64,000 nucleotides of DNA from Octopus sinensis. Its lineage: Eukaryota. The translations under genes and the position numbers were made by a program. The stretch is taken from assembly GCF_006345805.1 (NCBI RefSeq), contig NC_042998.1, positions 1,612,001-1,676,000 of the forward strand, read 5' to 3'. Shown piece after piece: positions 12,851-25,699 of this stretch (its first letter is position 1; the number at the start of each line of letters is the position of its first letter). Below the pieces are notes generated by a model. That model had not been told where the DNA came from. It made no database searches and saw only the letters and a list, made by a program, of their open reading frames with translations.

Positions 12851-14650
12851 CTGTCCCACCAGGTCATGTAGAGGCCGGCCACATCTCCAGCCACACCGAC
12901 ACCAGTGGCTGCACCTTGAACCTGCATGTATAGCTTCCTCTCAAACTTCACTATGTGGTTCTTCAAGGTGGTTTTTATGCTGGCCCCTATTGCATGCACA
13001 ATCATATTTTCCACATGATTGTTGTTCTCAGTGTCCTGGGTTGGTATGGTTCAGTCACTCCAGCGCTTTGTGGTGCTTTTCTCACTGCCGAAGTGGTCTT
13101 CTTCTCTGTGACCTGGTAGCACGGAATCTACTTAGGTCATGGTTGTCTAGGTAGTTACGGTTATAGGTTAGTGTAAGGAGGAGGCCCAGTTCCCTGGTGT
13201 TGACTTGACAGAACTCTACTTCACTCTCACAGATAATCTCAATGCATTTTTCCACAGTAAAATCTATATCTCTAGAGGAGTAGAGTGAAACCACATCCAT
13301 ACAACCTGCGAGGTCGTTGGATTGGTTACAACTACTGATTCTGCTGACATCCTCCGTGCTCACACAGACACCTGGGGACATTTCTGTGAGTAGGTAGTCG
13401 TAACACCTGTGAGAAGTAGGATAGCCTATAATTGCTAGAGATATTTGCTCCGCAAACTGGCCGGGTAGGGGCCCATAACAGGGCTTACGTAAGGTTTATG
13501 GTCCTTTCGTAACCCGTACAGCTTAAGAACTTCGTTGCTGAATGCTTGGAAATTTTGTGCAGTCCCTTTCCTGGGTTTGGAGTGTGTTGCACCACATTCC
13601 CATGAGTGCATCTGAGAAGATTTTCTACTCTTTCATGTTCCTGTGGTGCAACCTCTCGCATGCTGCTGATGTGTTGTTGCATGGCCTGGACAAAGTCTGC
13701 CAGACTTGTCCGTGGGGAGACACGCTAACTCCCTGTTCCTAATTCGCTGTTTCAGTTGTTGTAGGCCTTTGAACTGATTTGGTGGGTCTCCCCTTCATTA
13801 TGTTTCTTTAATAGTTTTGTTATATCGGTCTAAGATGTGCCGGAGTCTATTTCTAGCTAAAGAAATCTTTGCTTCTGTCTCACTCAATCTGTGGTAGGGT
13901 ACATACCCTTTTGCTGAAGGGTAAGTCTGTGGAGCAGATCCTCATCATATCGTACGATTTATCGTTGGGGTTATAGAAGACAGATTTTAGGGTGTTACCG
14001 GTGTTACTGTAGTGTTTGTTGTTACGGTGCCGACGCTGTTGTTGTTGGTGGTGTTGTGTTCATTGTTGATGTTGTTATTACTGTAGTTGTTGAGGTTGTT
14101 GTTGTTACTTCTGTTGTCGCTGTTGTTGTTGTGGGCGTTGGTGTTAAAGGTGGTGCTGGTGCTGGTGATGTTGTGGCTAGTATTGTTGTTTGTTTGTGGG
14201 GTGTTGTAGTTGTTATTGTTGTTATTGTCACTGCTGTTGTTGTTATCATTGCTATTGTTGTTGGTGGTGTTGCTTTGGTTTCGTATGTTTGTGTTGTTGT
14301 TGTTGTTGTTGTTGTTATAGTTGTTTGAGCGGGGGGTGTTGTGGTTATTGTTGGTGTCACTAACATTGCTATTGTTGTTTTGGTTTCGTATGCCTGTGTT
14401 GTTGTTGTTGTTGTTGATGCATTGCCCTAATATCCATCTTATTTTTAAGAACATATTTAAGAATATTTTTAAGAATTGAATATTCCTTTGTAGAAAGGGA
14501 AGAAGACCGGCGAATCGTATTCGTGCTTCCATTTCGGATTCGTGCGTCAGTGAACTCATTTCTCTTTGAGTGATATTTAAAATTTCTTTTAAGGCAGAAA
14601 GCATTACGTTAACATTCACCATTCTCTAAAAGTCAGTCGTCTTGGAATAA
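12850..14650 (-). mobile_element. Decayed Penelope-like element: N-terminal region plus truncated RT
   Basis: PLE-type motifs NLSS, PTDKSGRL (13716-13699), PTRPVCGAN, MDVVSLY, LYMQVQGAATG. Truncated before the catalytic YxDD and GIY-YIG domain; Asn-rich open frame at 13987-14622. Confidence 0.85.
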
Positions 14651-14689
14651 TCCAAGATATCAGTTATACAGTACAGCCCTGCGTTAAAC

Positions 14690-14960
14690 TTAGATAAACT
14701 TAGATATGTTTCCACCAAAGAATGGTCCAGGCCATGTCTAACCACCTGATAGGATTATCTAAATCCTGTTTAAGTCAAGTTTTGTTTATGGTCCATTCAA
14801 GTAGTGAGTTCTTGTTGAGTGAATTGTATCCAGGTATGGGTGGCTTATCCGGTATTCCTTGAAGAAATCAGTCCAGACACCGTTTAAAGGTGATGGGATC
14901 CTTTTCCTCTTTGATCTCTTTCGGGACAATGTTAAACAGAGCAAGGCCTGTTGAGTAAAA
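14690..14960 (-). mobile_element. 3' end fragment of an APE-type LINE (CR1/L2-like C-terminus)
   Basis: Translates as GLALFNIVPKEIKEEKDPITFKRCLD*FLQGIPDKPPIPGYNSLNKNSLLEW; ends in a short tandem tail (atctaagttt)x2. Confidence 0.7.
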
Positions 14961-15260
14961 GAAATTATGTCGCAGTGTACCTATATGCTGTGATCCTGAA
15001 TTGGGCAGGGGACGTATGGCCCGTGGATTGTTTTATTCATTTATTTATTTTTTGCCTTTATCCGAAGTATAATTTGTTGTTGTTGTTGTTGTTTACTACT
15101 TCTACACTATTGCTGTTGTTGTTTTCATTGTCACCGCAGCCGCCGTCCTCATCGTCGTTTGCTTATCTCCAGATCAGGCCTCGCCTAGCAGATCCATGAT
15201 CAAAAGTATTCTATGAAAAAACCATCTCGTCTTTATTTCGGACAGTATATCTAGGATTGT

Positions 15261-15575
15261 GGAGGCACGTGGCCTAGTGGCTTAGAGCAGCGGACTCGTG
15301 GTCGAGGGATCGCGGGTTCGAATCTCAGACAGGGCGATGTGTGTGTTTATGAGTGAAACGCCTAAGCTCCACGAGGCTCCGACAGAAGGTAATGGCGAAC
15401 TTCTGCTGACTCTTTCGCCACAACTTTCTCTCACTCTTTCCTCCTGCATCTTGCAGCTCAGCTGCGACGGACCGGCGTCCCGTCCAGGTGGGGAACCTAT
15501 ACGCCAAGGAAACCGGGAAACCGGCCCTGTGAGTCAGGCATGGCTTGAGAAGAAACAAACAACAATAATATCTAG
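15261..15575 (+). mobile_element. tRNA-derived SINE, family C head with a distinct 3' module
   Basis: ggaggcacgtggcctagtggcttagagcagcggactcg ... gggttcgaatctc; 3' module cccgtccaggtgggg...gaaaccgggaaaccggcc; (AAC)-like tail. Confidence 0.85.
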
Positions 15576-15659
15576 GATTACATGATCCAGTGTGTTCTTT
15601 CATGTTTTATTTTTTTTTTATGGTAAGGTGTAATTCGAAGGATACAGCATACCGTTATA

Positions 15660-15799
15660 TAATTAAACTTGCTTCCCAACCAGATGGTTCCAGGTTCAGT
15701 CCCACTGCGTGACACATTGGACAGGTGTCTTCTACAATAGCCTCGGGCTGACCAAAGCCTTGTGAGTGGATCTGGTAGACGGAAACTGAAAGAAGCCCG

Positions 15800-15877
<78 letters not shown>

Positions 15878-16080
15878 CTGTGTTTATCTCCTACCACTGC
15901 TTTACAAGAAATGTTGGTGTGTTTACGTCACCGAACTTAGCGGTTCGGCAAAATACATCGATAGAATAAGTACAAGGCTTAAAAAGAAAGGTATTGGAGT
16001 CGATATATTTCACTAAAAATTCTTCAAGGCAGTGCTCCAGCATGGCCGCAGTCAAATGACTGAAACGTGAGAGATAAAAG
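15660..16080 (+). mobile_element. CORE-type SINE, family A (5'-truncated)
   Basis: Collinear with 8823-9303, including the internal (GT)n. Confidence 0.85.
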
Positions 16081-16579
16081 AACGCGTAAAGTAATGTGCA
16101 CGAATGTATGGTTCCGCCGTTTCTGGTAGATCGAGCAACAACAGAACGACTCCTTCGCTGGCAAAGTATTTGAACGATTGGGATGAACGACGAAATTTCG
16201 ATTGTGACTGGAATATTTTGATTTATCAAATAGACCGAAATGTTAGTAAAAATTTTAATAATAATGAGAGGTTAAATAAAGTCTGATTGAGCATAAATTG
16301 ATATTAGAAGATGTAAATGAATAAAAATATATATATATATGAGCGATTTATCATGTTTATTCCGAACAAAAACAATATGTCTGAGATCTGATATACAAAC
16401 AGTCTTACAGAAGAGAAGTATATATATGTATATATATATATCTTTATATAATATATATCTTGTGAGATAATTGCATGTCTATAACCAACATTAAAAGAAG
16501 CCATTCAATTGATCTTTTATAGTTTCATCCAACATAACAATAAATCAAAATAAACCAATTAATCAATACAAGACAGACA

Positions 16580-16671
16580 CACGAACATACACATGTATAC
16601 ATGCATATATATACCAATATATATATACATATATACAAACATATATATGTACATATATATACATATATACA

Positions 16672-16727
<56 letters not shown>

Positions 16728-16816
16728 CATATATATACATATATTATACATATATATACATATATATATACATATATACAAACATATATATATACATATA
16801 TATTACATATATACAA

Positions 16817-16848
<32 letters not shown>

Positions 16849-16924
16849 CATATATATACATATATATACATATATATATACATGCATATATATATATACA
16901 AACATATATATATACATGCATATA

Positions 16925-16956
<32 letters not shown>

Positions 16957-16997
16957 CATACATAATAGATATATATATATATATATAATATATATAC

Positions 16998-17044
<47 letters not shown>

Positions 17045-17401
17045 CAAACATATATACACATATATATATAGATATATATACATATATATATACAAACATA
17101 TATACATATATATATATATATACATATATATATACAAACATATATACATACATACATACATAAACATATAGATACATATGTACAAATATATAAGTTTATA
17201 CTATATACATTATAAACACTCAAACATACGCGCATACACATACACACACATACACATATATATAATATATATATCATATATATATATATATATATAATAT
17301 ATATATATATTATATTATATATATATATACACAAATACATATTATATATTACATATATACAAATATATATATATACAAATATCTATATATTATATACACA
17401 A

Positions 17402-17463
<62 letters not shown>

Positions 17464-17680
17464 AATATAATATATTTATATATATAAACATATATATATA
17501 ATATATATATATTACATACAAATATATATCTAAATATACATACACACACATATGTTTATGTCTATATTTATACACATATATACTTATATTTATAAATATA
17601 TAATACATATTATATATATATATGCATATAAAGATTTGTATATATATATCATACTTATGTATGTATGTATGTATGCTTAA
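16580..17680. repeat. About 1.1-kb degenerate (AT)/(ATAC) microsatellite field
   Basis: Directly visible; source of the MYIYIC ORFs. Confidence 0.95.
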
Positions 17681-19089
17681 ACATCTATGTAGATTATCTA
17701 TCTATGTCTATGTATGCAAGTGTGTGTGTGTGGTGTGTGTGTGTGTGTGTGTGCCTGTGTGTTTGTTTGCTACGTGTGTAAATGCAAAGTAGACCATCAT
17801 TTTTTCAATCATGACATGTCAAAAACATGGCTATATTCACTCAATCTTCCGTCATGCTTTTTCAAATTTGTTGAATATTTTTGCTTTTCTTTATTTATTT
17901 AACTATTTATTTACTTATTATTTGTCATCTACTTATATTTATTTATTTATTCGTTTATTTATTCATTTGTTCCTTTTAATCTACCACCAAAAGGCAGAGC
18001 AATGTAAGCGACACGTCTCGCTTAACCTATATTCCTTTTTTCTGTTTCTTGGCTTGGATCTGTACATCGGGCGCGTCTATTAGATTTTGCTGTTGTTTTT
18101 GTTTCCCGCTGCCTTAGCTCTGATGGGGCAACCACTCAGTCGCTTGTCTCTGATGAAATATTATCCAACTATGGACAACTTCAAGTTTTGTAGGGTTATT
18201 TTTTCAATTTTGCGATTTTTTTCTTTCATTTTTTTTTTTTACTATGGTGCTGTTTCAGTTTTTTATTTTTTAATATAACATTAAGTATTATCCGATATAT
18301 TCAAATTGTACAACGATATATTCATTTTGAACGAGATTTGAGCGCTATTTCTAACGGGTCGAGCGACGAATAACAGACTTCCTCCTTACCACGCCGTCAG
18401 CCACTGGTCTTCCCTGAGACTGCCTGACACCAGCTTCTACTTGACCAACTGATATTAAAGGTCACAAAGAAAGCCACCGCTATTTTAATGTATCAAAGGT
18501 CATGTTTCCTATGTTATCTATGTGTCTACAGTGGACTACAGTTGTCCTAACAGGCACAAGAGCTTCCACACAATATTTCTTCTTTTTTTTGTATGTGTGT
18601 GTGTGTGTAAAGACACAAAACAGATAATGAACTAAATATGACATTTATAATAATAATAATAATAATAATAATCAAAGTAAAACTGAGATTCGTACAAATT
18701 GAAAAGCTAAACTGGAAATCTTTATATAAAATATTATAGCCATATTTTCAACATTCCTCCACACATACACTCACACACACACACATACACACACAGTCAC
18801 AGCTAATGTAACCAAATACATCAACAATTCAATGCATTACAGCTTCTTCAGACATATCACTCAATCAACATTCGAAAATTGCATCAGACATAACTACATG
18901 ACAGTTTATTAATAAGAGATGAGGGGTTCATCAAAGATAATCTTAATTCAATGTAATTCAATGAACAAAGTAGTTTCCGCCATTCACAACATTATTTCCT
19001 CGGGTATACATAATGTATATTTATATGTATATATGCGTATATATATATATGTGTGTGTGTATGCATATATTTATGTATATTATATATAT

Positions 19090-19128
<39 letters not shown>

Positions 19129-19308
19129 TGACAAGCGATGTTGCAGTCGATACAAATTTACAGAGACCACTCAGGAAGGCACCTGAAAAGAAAAGAAATC
19201 GATGACAAATGTCATTAGGTCAATCACTGACATTCACTGGGTTCGATACTGAAATTATTAAGAATTAACACAATTCCACAAATATTTACAAATACATCTC
19301 TGATTGCG

Positions 19309-19390
<82 letters not shown>

Positions 19391-19428
19391 TGTGTGCGCG
19401 TGTGTGTGTGAGTGTGTGTGTGTGTGTT

Positions 19429-19469
<41 letters not shown>

Positions 19470-19584
19470 TGCGTGCGCGTGTCTATAAACAAGGATAAAA
19501 AATCATGTAATTGATAATATCAAGTGGCCTAACATGCTAGAAAAACTTGTGGTTAAATTATACTGAAATAATAATTATATATAC

Positions 19585-19617
<33 letters not shown>

Positions 19618-19619
19618 GT

Positions 19620-19800
19620 TAGGGAGAGTTTACGAAAAAAACAAAAGACGAAGACAGGTGGTGTATAAAACAAACAGATGTATTAGTATAGCGCTCAGAT
19701 ATAGAAAAAGTCTTTTACGTTTCGAGCCTACGCTCTTCTACAGAGAGGGACACAGAAAAAACAAGGAGAGAAAAATGTGCGTAATGGCTAACGATCTATA
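19620..19800 (-). mobile_element. Short Penelope-pLTR-like repeat carrying a minimal hammerhead-like motif (copy 1)
   Basis: Same family as 23180-23320 and 42129-42312; minus-strand ctgtaga-a-gagc-gtag-gctc-gaaac-gta at 19711-19748. Confidence 0.6.
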
Positions 19801-19839
19801 TATATATATATTATTGTATGTATGTTATGTATATATATA

Positions 19840-19930
<91 letters not shown>

Positions 19931-19939
19931 TGTATGTAT

Positions 19940-20330
19940 ACATTATATAATTATATAAGAGAACAGGAAAAAACCTGCTCGAGCATGTCGTAAGAATACG
20001 CCAAAAAACGTTTTAAACCACCTTTAGCTCCTGCAAAAAATCGGGTTGTAGACGCGCAAATGAAAAATGCAAAGTAAAACACCACAGTCAATTGTGTATT
20101 GGTCCAATTTCGAGATTAAAGTAGTAAAATAGCACATTTCCCATCCTCAGCATAATATTCAAAGAAACATAGTCACAAATATTTATAGATACCCCCACGA
20201 AATAAATTCGTACGATCGTGTGTAAATATCCGCGTTTATGCTTCAAAAGGTGGTTTATAACGTTATTTTGGTGTATTTTTACATGCAGGAGCAGGTTTTT
20301 TCCTGATCCTTTATATAATTATATAATGTG
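19940..20330. mobile_element. MITE with about 45-bp TIRs
   Basis: acattatataattatataagagaacaggaaaaaacctgctc ... gagcaggttttttcctgatcctttatataattatataatgt. Confidence 0.75.
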
Positions 20331-20640
20331 TCATCATCATCATCGTTTAACGTCCGTTTTCCATGCTAACATGGGTTCGACGGTTCGACCGGGGTCTGGG
20401 AAGCCAGGAGGCTGCACCAGGCTCCAGTCTGATCTGGCAGTGTTTCTACAGCTGGATGCCATTCCTAACGCCAACCACTCCGTGAGTGTAGCGGGTGCTT
20501 TTTACATGCCACCGACACAGGGGCCAGAGGAGGATGGAAAACGGCCACGATCGGTTGGTGCTTTTTACGTGTCACCGGCACGGACGCCAGTCAAGGCGGC
20601 GCTGGCATCGTCCACGTTCGGATGGTGATTTTTACGTGCT
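20330..20640 (-). mobile_element. SINE-like repeat with an RTE-type 3' tail and (GAT)n end
   Basis: Minus-strand tail agcatggaaaacggacgttaaacgatgatgatg; internal repeats of ggtgctttttac; second copy at 29810-30110. Confidence 0.65.
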
Positions 20641-20903
20641 ACAATTTCCATTTAATTTTTATTTTGATGTTGATGTACTCGACTTCAAAATGGAAATCAA
20701 ATATATATAATTATTAGTTTAGTATAATTTAACCACAAGTTTTTATAGCTTGTTGGCCACTTGATATTATTATTTACATGATTTTTATCCTTGTTTATAT
20801 AAATAAATAAAATATTTCTGCTCCGAATCGGAATTGCATTACTTTGAGATATTTCGGTTTTAAAAAATACGCGGCTGAAATGAAAAGTGAAAATTTGTCT
20901 TTA

Positions 20904-21201
20904 TTTTGAAGCATAAGCGCGGATATTTACACATGATCGTACGAATTTATTTCGTGGGGGTATCTATAAATATTTGTGACTATGTTTCTTTGAATATTGT
21001 GATGAGGATGGGAAATATGCTATTTTACTGCTTTAATCTCGAAATTGGGCTGTGGAATTATATTTTGTATTTTTCATTTGTGCGTCTACAACCCGTATTT
21101 TTGCAGGAGCTAAAGGTGGTTTATAACGGGTTTTTTCTTGGCACTTCTTACATGTTGGAGCAGGACTTTTTCCTGTTCCCTTATATAATCATATAATGTA
21201 T
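20904..21201. mobile_element. Second, partial copy of the 19940-20330 MITE in inverted orientation
   Basis: About 300-bp reverse-complement match to 19940-20247. Confidence 0.8.
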
Positions 21202-21587
21202 ATATATAATTATTATTATTTATGCTCCGAATATATATATAGTATATATATATATATATATATTGATACAAATGGTAAGACAACAAAAGAATGAACGAGA
21301 CCTCGATATTATGTAAATAGAGGAATTTATCTGTAAATGTAATATGTGTGCCCTCTTATTTTTACTCCCTCCCCTCACTTAGCGGTCATTCAAATAGCCC
21401 TTTTGTCTTAATAACGGTCAATCACACAGTAATTTCCCTTTGTTTAATGGTCATTTTCATAGCACTTTTTCCGATGGCCGGATAACTGAAGAGAAGGTGG
21501 CGTGGATTTCCACTTTGGCATCCGAAACTCAGTTTTATTATGGCTACCAAATAATTGTCACATATTACATTTAAAGGTATGTGTATA

Positions 21588-21971
21588 TCTCTCTCTATAT
21601 AAACGGCAGTTTGTCTGTGCGTGTTTCTGTGTGTCTGTTTGGTCGTACCCTCACCCTGACCACGGCTTTCAACCGATTCTGATGAAACTTGACACACACA
21701 TAGCCCAATGTCATAATTCAAAACTAACGCAGCGAAAATTTTGAAAAGTTCCCCCAGTTCTGAAAAAATCGATAAATTCGACATGGGGTCGAGAATCAGA
21801 AACACAAACCGCAAACTGTCTAGGGGACGCAACTCCACCTTTTTTAACTCTCAAAAAAAAATTTACCATAATTTTTTTTCCTTTTTTTGCTATTTTTTGG
21901 CTCTAACTCTCTAAAAATGCTTTATAGTTATTTCCCTTACAAACCTGAGCAACGCCGGGTGATACTGCTAG
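21588..21971 (+). mobile_element. Non-autonomous Helitron, complete
   Basis: A|TC start, 3' hairpin cctgagcaacgccggg, CTAG|T end; near-identical to 58485-58868. Confidence 0.9.
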
Positions 21972-22022
<51 letters not shown>

Positions 22023-22195
22023 TCTTTTACGACCAGTCCATCAGATGTAGTTACACATCGCTGGTCACAATGCGTTCGCATTGTTTTAGCCTTCGAATGA
22101 CGCCACCCCGCTGGCTAAGCGAGCAGGCCATATATATATATCTTCAACAATAACATTATATATATATATACAGACAAACAGACAGACAGACCTAC

Positions 22196-22267
<72 letters not shown>

Positions 22268-22590
22268 CACATAAGTAATATAAGGAGCTAAGCGTAATTG
22301 CTATAAAATTATACCATAATTAAGTAAAAACATTTGTCATAATACTTCTAAAAGACAAGGGAGACAACTCCTAAATGCAAACAGTTAAATGAGGCCATGT
22401 GGTGACGAGTAGAATGGCGTGTTCCAATCTAATTAGATATCCTCATCGAAACACACTCTTATTCTATTTATCAGACCATATTCATTATTCACTAATTAGG
22501 CGATTAATCAAAATAATGATATGGGAGAATCTCCGAGGACTGTCTTCTGCATAAAAATCAGAAGACAGGTGGGGAGCTAATTATACTTAA

Positions 22591-22875
22591 CTAGCAGTAT
22601 CGCCCGGCGTTGCTCGGGTTTGTAAGGGAAATAACTATATAAGCATTTTTAGAGAGTTACTTCCTTTATATAATAGCAAAAAAATGCATTAAAAATGGGA
22701 AATTATGGTAAATTTTTTTTTAAATCGTAGACTCACGCTAATAGCCAGAAGGGCTCGATATGAATCACGACTATAAGATACCCGCTTTTGGTTACACTGC
22801 ACCGCAAAATGTGGGAGTAGTTAGGAATCTAAATCGTAGGAGACACTCACACAACTACAGTTTTATATGTAAAGA
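22591..22875 (-). mobile_element. Non-autonomous Helitron about 120 nt downstream of the ODF3-like stop codon
   Basis: Minus strand: A|TC start, cccgagcaacgccggg hairpin, CTAG|T end. Confidence 0.9.
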
Positions 22876-22994
22876 TGTGGTGAGCCTAACACAAAATGCA
22901 ATCAAAATTAACTCTCAAAATATACTTACATGTATTGTTCTGTTTACTGTTCGTTAAACACGGTTTAAATTTCAGTATAAAACAGAAAGACGTT

Positions 22995-23087
22995 TTAATC
23001 AGACACTTCAACGACGAGAGGAACTGTGTAGGGGGAGTGACGAACGCCAAAACTATAGCACGGTGCCGCTTGCTTATGAACCCATGA
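22995..23087 (-). CDS. ODF3: ODF3-like protein, last coding exon (SWVHKQAAPCYSFGVRHSPYTVPLVVEVSD*)
   Basis: Acceptor ttttcttttatag|TCA, phase 0, 30 codons plus TAA; the SFG(I/V)RHS.Y C-terminal motif is typical of the ODF3/SHIPPO1 family. Confidence 0.85.
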   Translation of the reverse strand, partial: SWVHKQAAPCYSFGVRHSPYTVPLVVEVSD

Positions 23088-23179
23088 CTATAAAAGAAAA
23101 TTCAATACTCATAATGACTGTACAACTTCAACGATTATAACAATGGGAATTTTATATATTTGTATCAATATATATATAT

Positions 23180-23320
23180 AACGGGACGCTTTATGAAAAT
23201 AAACAAAAGACGAAGGCAGGTGGAGTACAAACAAGCAATTGTATTAGTATGGCGCTCAGGAATATAAATAAAACAAGTCTTTTACGTTTCGAGCCTACGC
23301 TCTTCAACAGAAAGATACCA
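23180..23320 (-). mobile_element. Penelope-pLTR-like repeat with an intact minimal hammerhead-like motif (copy 2), truncated by the gap
   Basis: Minus-strand tcttt-ctgttga-a-gagc-gtag-gctc-gaaac-gta-aaaga at 23278-23315. Confidence 0.65.
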
Positions 23321-23420
23321 NNNNNNNNNNNNNNNNNNNNNNNNNNNNNNNNNNNNNNNNNNNNNNNNNNNNNNNNNNNNNNNNNNNNNNNNNNNNNNNN
23401 NNNNNNNNNNNNNNNNNNNN
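23321..23420. other. Assembly gap (100 N, true size unknown)
   Basis: Run of n characters. Confidence 1.
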
Positions 23421-24029
23421 GTTGTTTTATCTGTCATTCCGTTGGGGTGTCTGTTATGGAATGCCATTAAAATCAGAGATAATATATTTCGTTATGATGG
23501 GTTTTATAGTTTTTGTTTGTTTTTGTTTTTTTTATTTTGCCTCCTATAAACGACAAAACTACGTAATTTTGATTTAATGCTAAGGAAAGGGAAGCGGGGG
23601 TTCTTTGAAAAATTAAATATGAAAGACAAAGAAAAGTATCAACATTCGAAAAAATATGCTAAAAAACGTAGAAAGAAATTACGAAGCAGAATAAATGAAT
23701 AAATAGTAACATTGTTATTTATGAGAAAGACTAAGAGAAAAATTGGGATAGACAACTTGTAATACAAGTGTCAAGCTGTGTGGATTGAAAGTAGGAACAA
23801 GTAAGGTTTATATGTCAATAGATAAATTAAGAGTGTGGCAAATGTAAATAATTCTATTTCGTTTGTACATGGGTTTTACTTTGATGAATGCAGACGATTG
23901 TGAGGGAAAGCTTCGCATGAGATCATTGTCGTCTGTTTGCTATTGAAATTATTAAGCGCTTTATCTTACTTCGTTGCAACGATCGCTTTAACCACTACTG
24001 TCATAATAACAAGCGGATTAAAAGTTAGA

Positions 24030-24060
<31 letters not shown>

Positions 24061-24724
24061 CTAGCGGTATTACCCGACGTTCATCGGATAATTACTTTTA
24101 CTCTTTCTCAGGAGTCACATTCAAAGTATTATTATATATATAATAGATTTCTCAACGGGATTTCAAGGGAGAGTTTCAGGGAGTCGCTGGCGATGTATCG
24201 TGATGATCAAAAATCCGGCCTGCTAAAATTTGGTTAAAGTGATTCAAACTGCAGACTCAACGCAAAATGGTCATATTTAATTCAAAGCGTTAAAAATGTT
24301 ATAAAAACAATTGGTATGTGTTCACAAAGTCCAAACGATTAATACAAAAAAACCTTCCAGGCTACATCCCGAAAATTCATTTCTTTGCCGAATTTCTACA
24401 ATGTTTACGGCGATTCGTTTTTATATCTTGATTTTTTATTTTTCATACAATTTACGCATGCTTGCACGCGTGGTGAACACAGGTCACGTCAAACAGCTGA
24501 CTGAGTAAAGTTCGCTATTCAATGCATGGGATAAGGCCTAAACAAACACATTATCGATTTTTGCACTTGCGAGATGAATTTCGGAACAGAAATAGCGCAG
24601 TTCAGTTTTCATTCATCTAAATTTAAGTGACCCATTTTTGGTGGTTCTACGATTTGTTGGCTAGGAGGAGATGTGCCGGGAAGTTAAACACACAGACACA
24701 CAAATTGAGTTTTATATATATAGA
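24061..24724 (-). mobile_element. Non-autonomous Helitron (different subfamily)
   Basis: Minus strand: A|TC start, hairpin ccgatgaacgtcggg, CTAG|T end. Confidence 0.8.
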
Positions 24725-24749
24725 TATATTTTTTTCTTTTTTCTTTTAC

Positions 24750-24990
24750 TTGTAAACACGCCAGCATCGGTTGTCAAGCGATGTTGGGGAGACAAACACA
24801 GACACACAAACATACACACAAATAAATATATACATATATACGATGGGCTTCTTTCAGTTTCCGTCTACCAAATCCACTCACAAGGATTTAGTCGGCCCGA
24901 GGCTATAATAGAAGGTACTTGCCCAAGGTGTCACGCAGTGGGACTGAACCCGGAATCCATGTGGTTCGTAAGCAAGCTACTTACCACGCA
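24750..24990 (-). mobile_element. CORE-type SINE, family A (5' half)
   Basis: Reverse complement of the family A head and core. Confidence 0.85.
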
Positions 24991-25699
24991 GTCACTCCTA
25001 TATATAGCCAGGAATTCTTCAGCATCCCTTCGTGGATATATATTGCGAGGTGATGAACTGGCTGAGCGTCGGATAGGATGCTTTGGTGTATTTGTCCCGG
25101 TTCTTTGTGTTCTGAGTTCGCCTTTCACCTTTCCAGATTCGATTTATAAAAAAATACCAACCAATGGGGTGCAGTGGGAGAATTGTTTGCGCGTCAGACA
25201 ATTGCCAGTGGGTTATGTGTTCCGGCTCTTTGTAGTCTAACAGCAACGCCTGCGACAACACTGGTACCAAACTGTATCGTCTTCAAGGCGGTGGCCTCAG
25301 ACAGAATTGGTGGAGTGGAAATGGGGAGACTTGAACGCGTAGAGTAACTAATTTTCCAACAACAAAAGAAAATTTTGACCAGGTCTGCGTATACGGTGGT
25401 TATTATTGGTCAGTCCTGACCGACGAAGGTACTAATGAATGGTCACCCCTGACTGACGGAAGCCCTGCATAGTGCAATATGAGGACAATTTACTTTCGAT
25501 ATATAACAGTAGACTACTTTTTTCTATAAATAATTACGAGTCCAAATGCCTAAGGCAGGGATTCTCAATCTTTTTGACATTGTGGTGCACTGTGGATGTG
25601 CATCAGCTTGGGATAAACTGGGGATTTAAAAAAAACCAATGGCACCCTTCGTAAGAAAATTATATATCAAAAATAGCTTTGTTCTAAAGTTAAGCATAT

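Noticed and set aside
21422-21838. The same ORF (MELRPLDSL...) recurring at 58618-58818
   Set aside because: Both lie inside copies of one non-autonomous Helitron; not a host gene.
22540-22568. Perfect 10-bp hairpin ctgtcttctg/cagaagacag downstream of the ODF3-like gene
   Set aside because: Too short to distinguish from chance in 64 kb, and separated from the stop codon by a Helitron.
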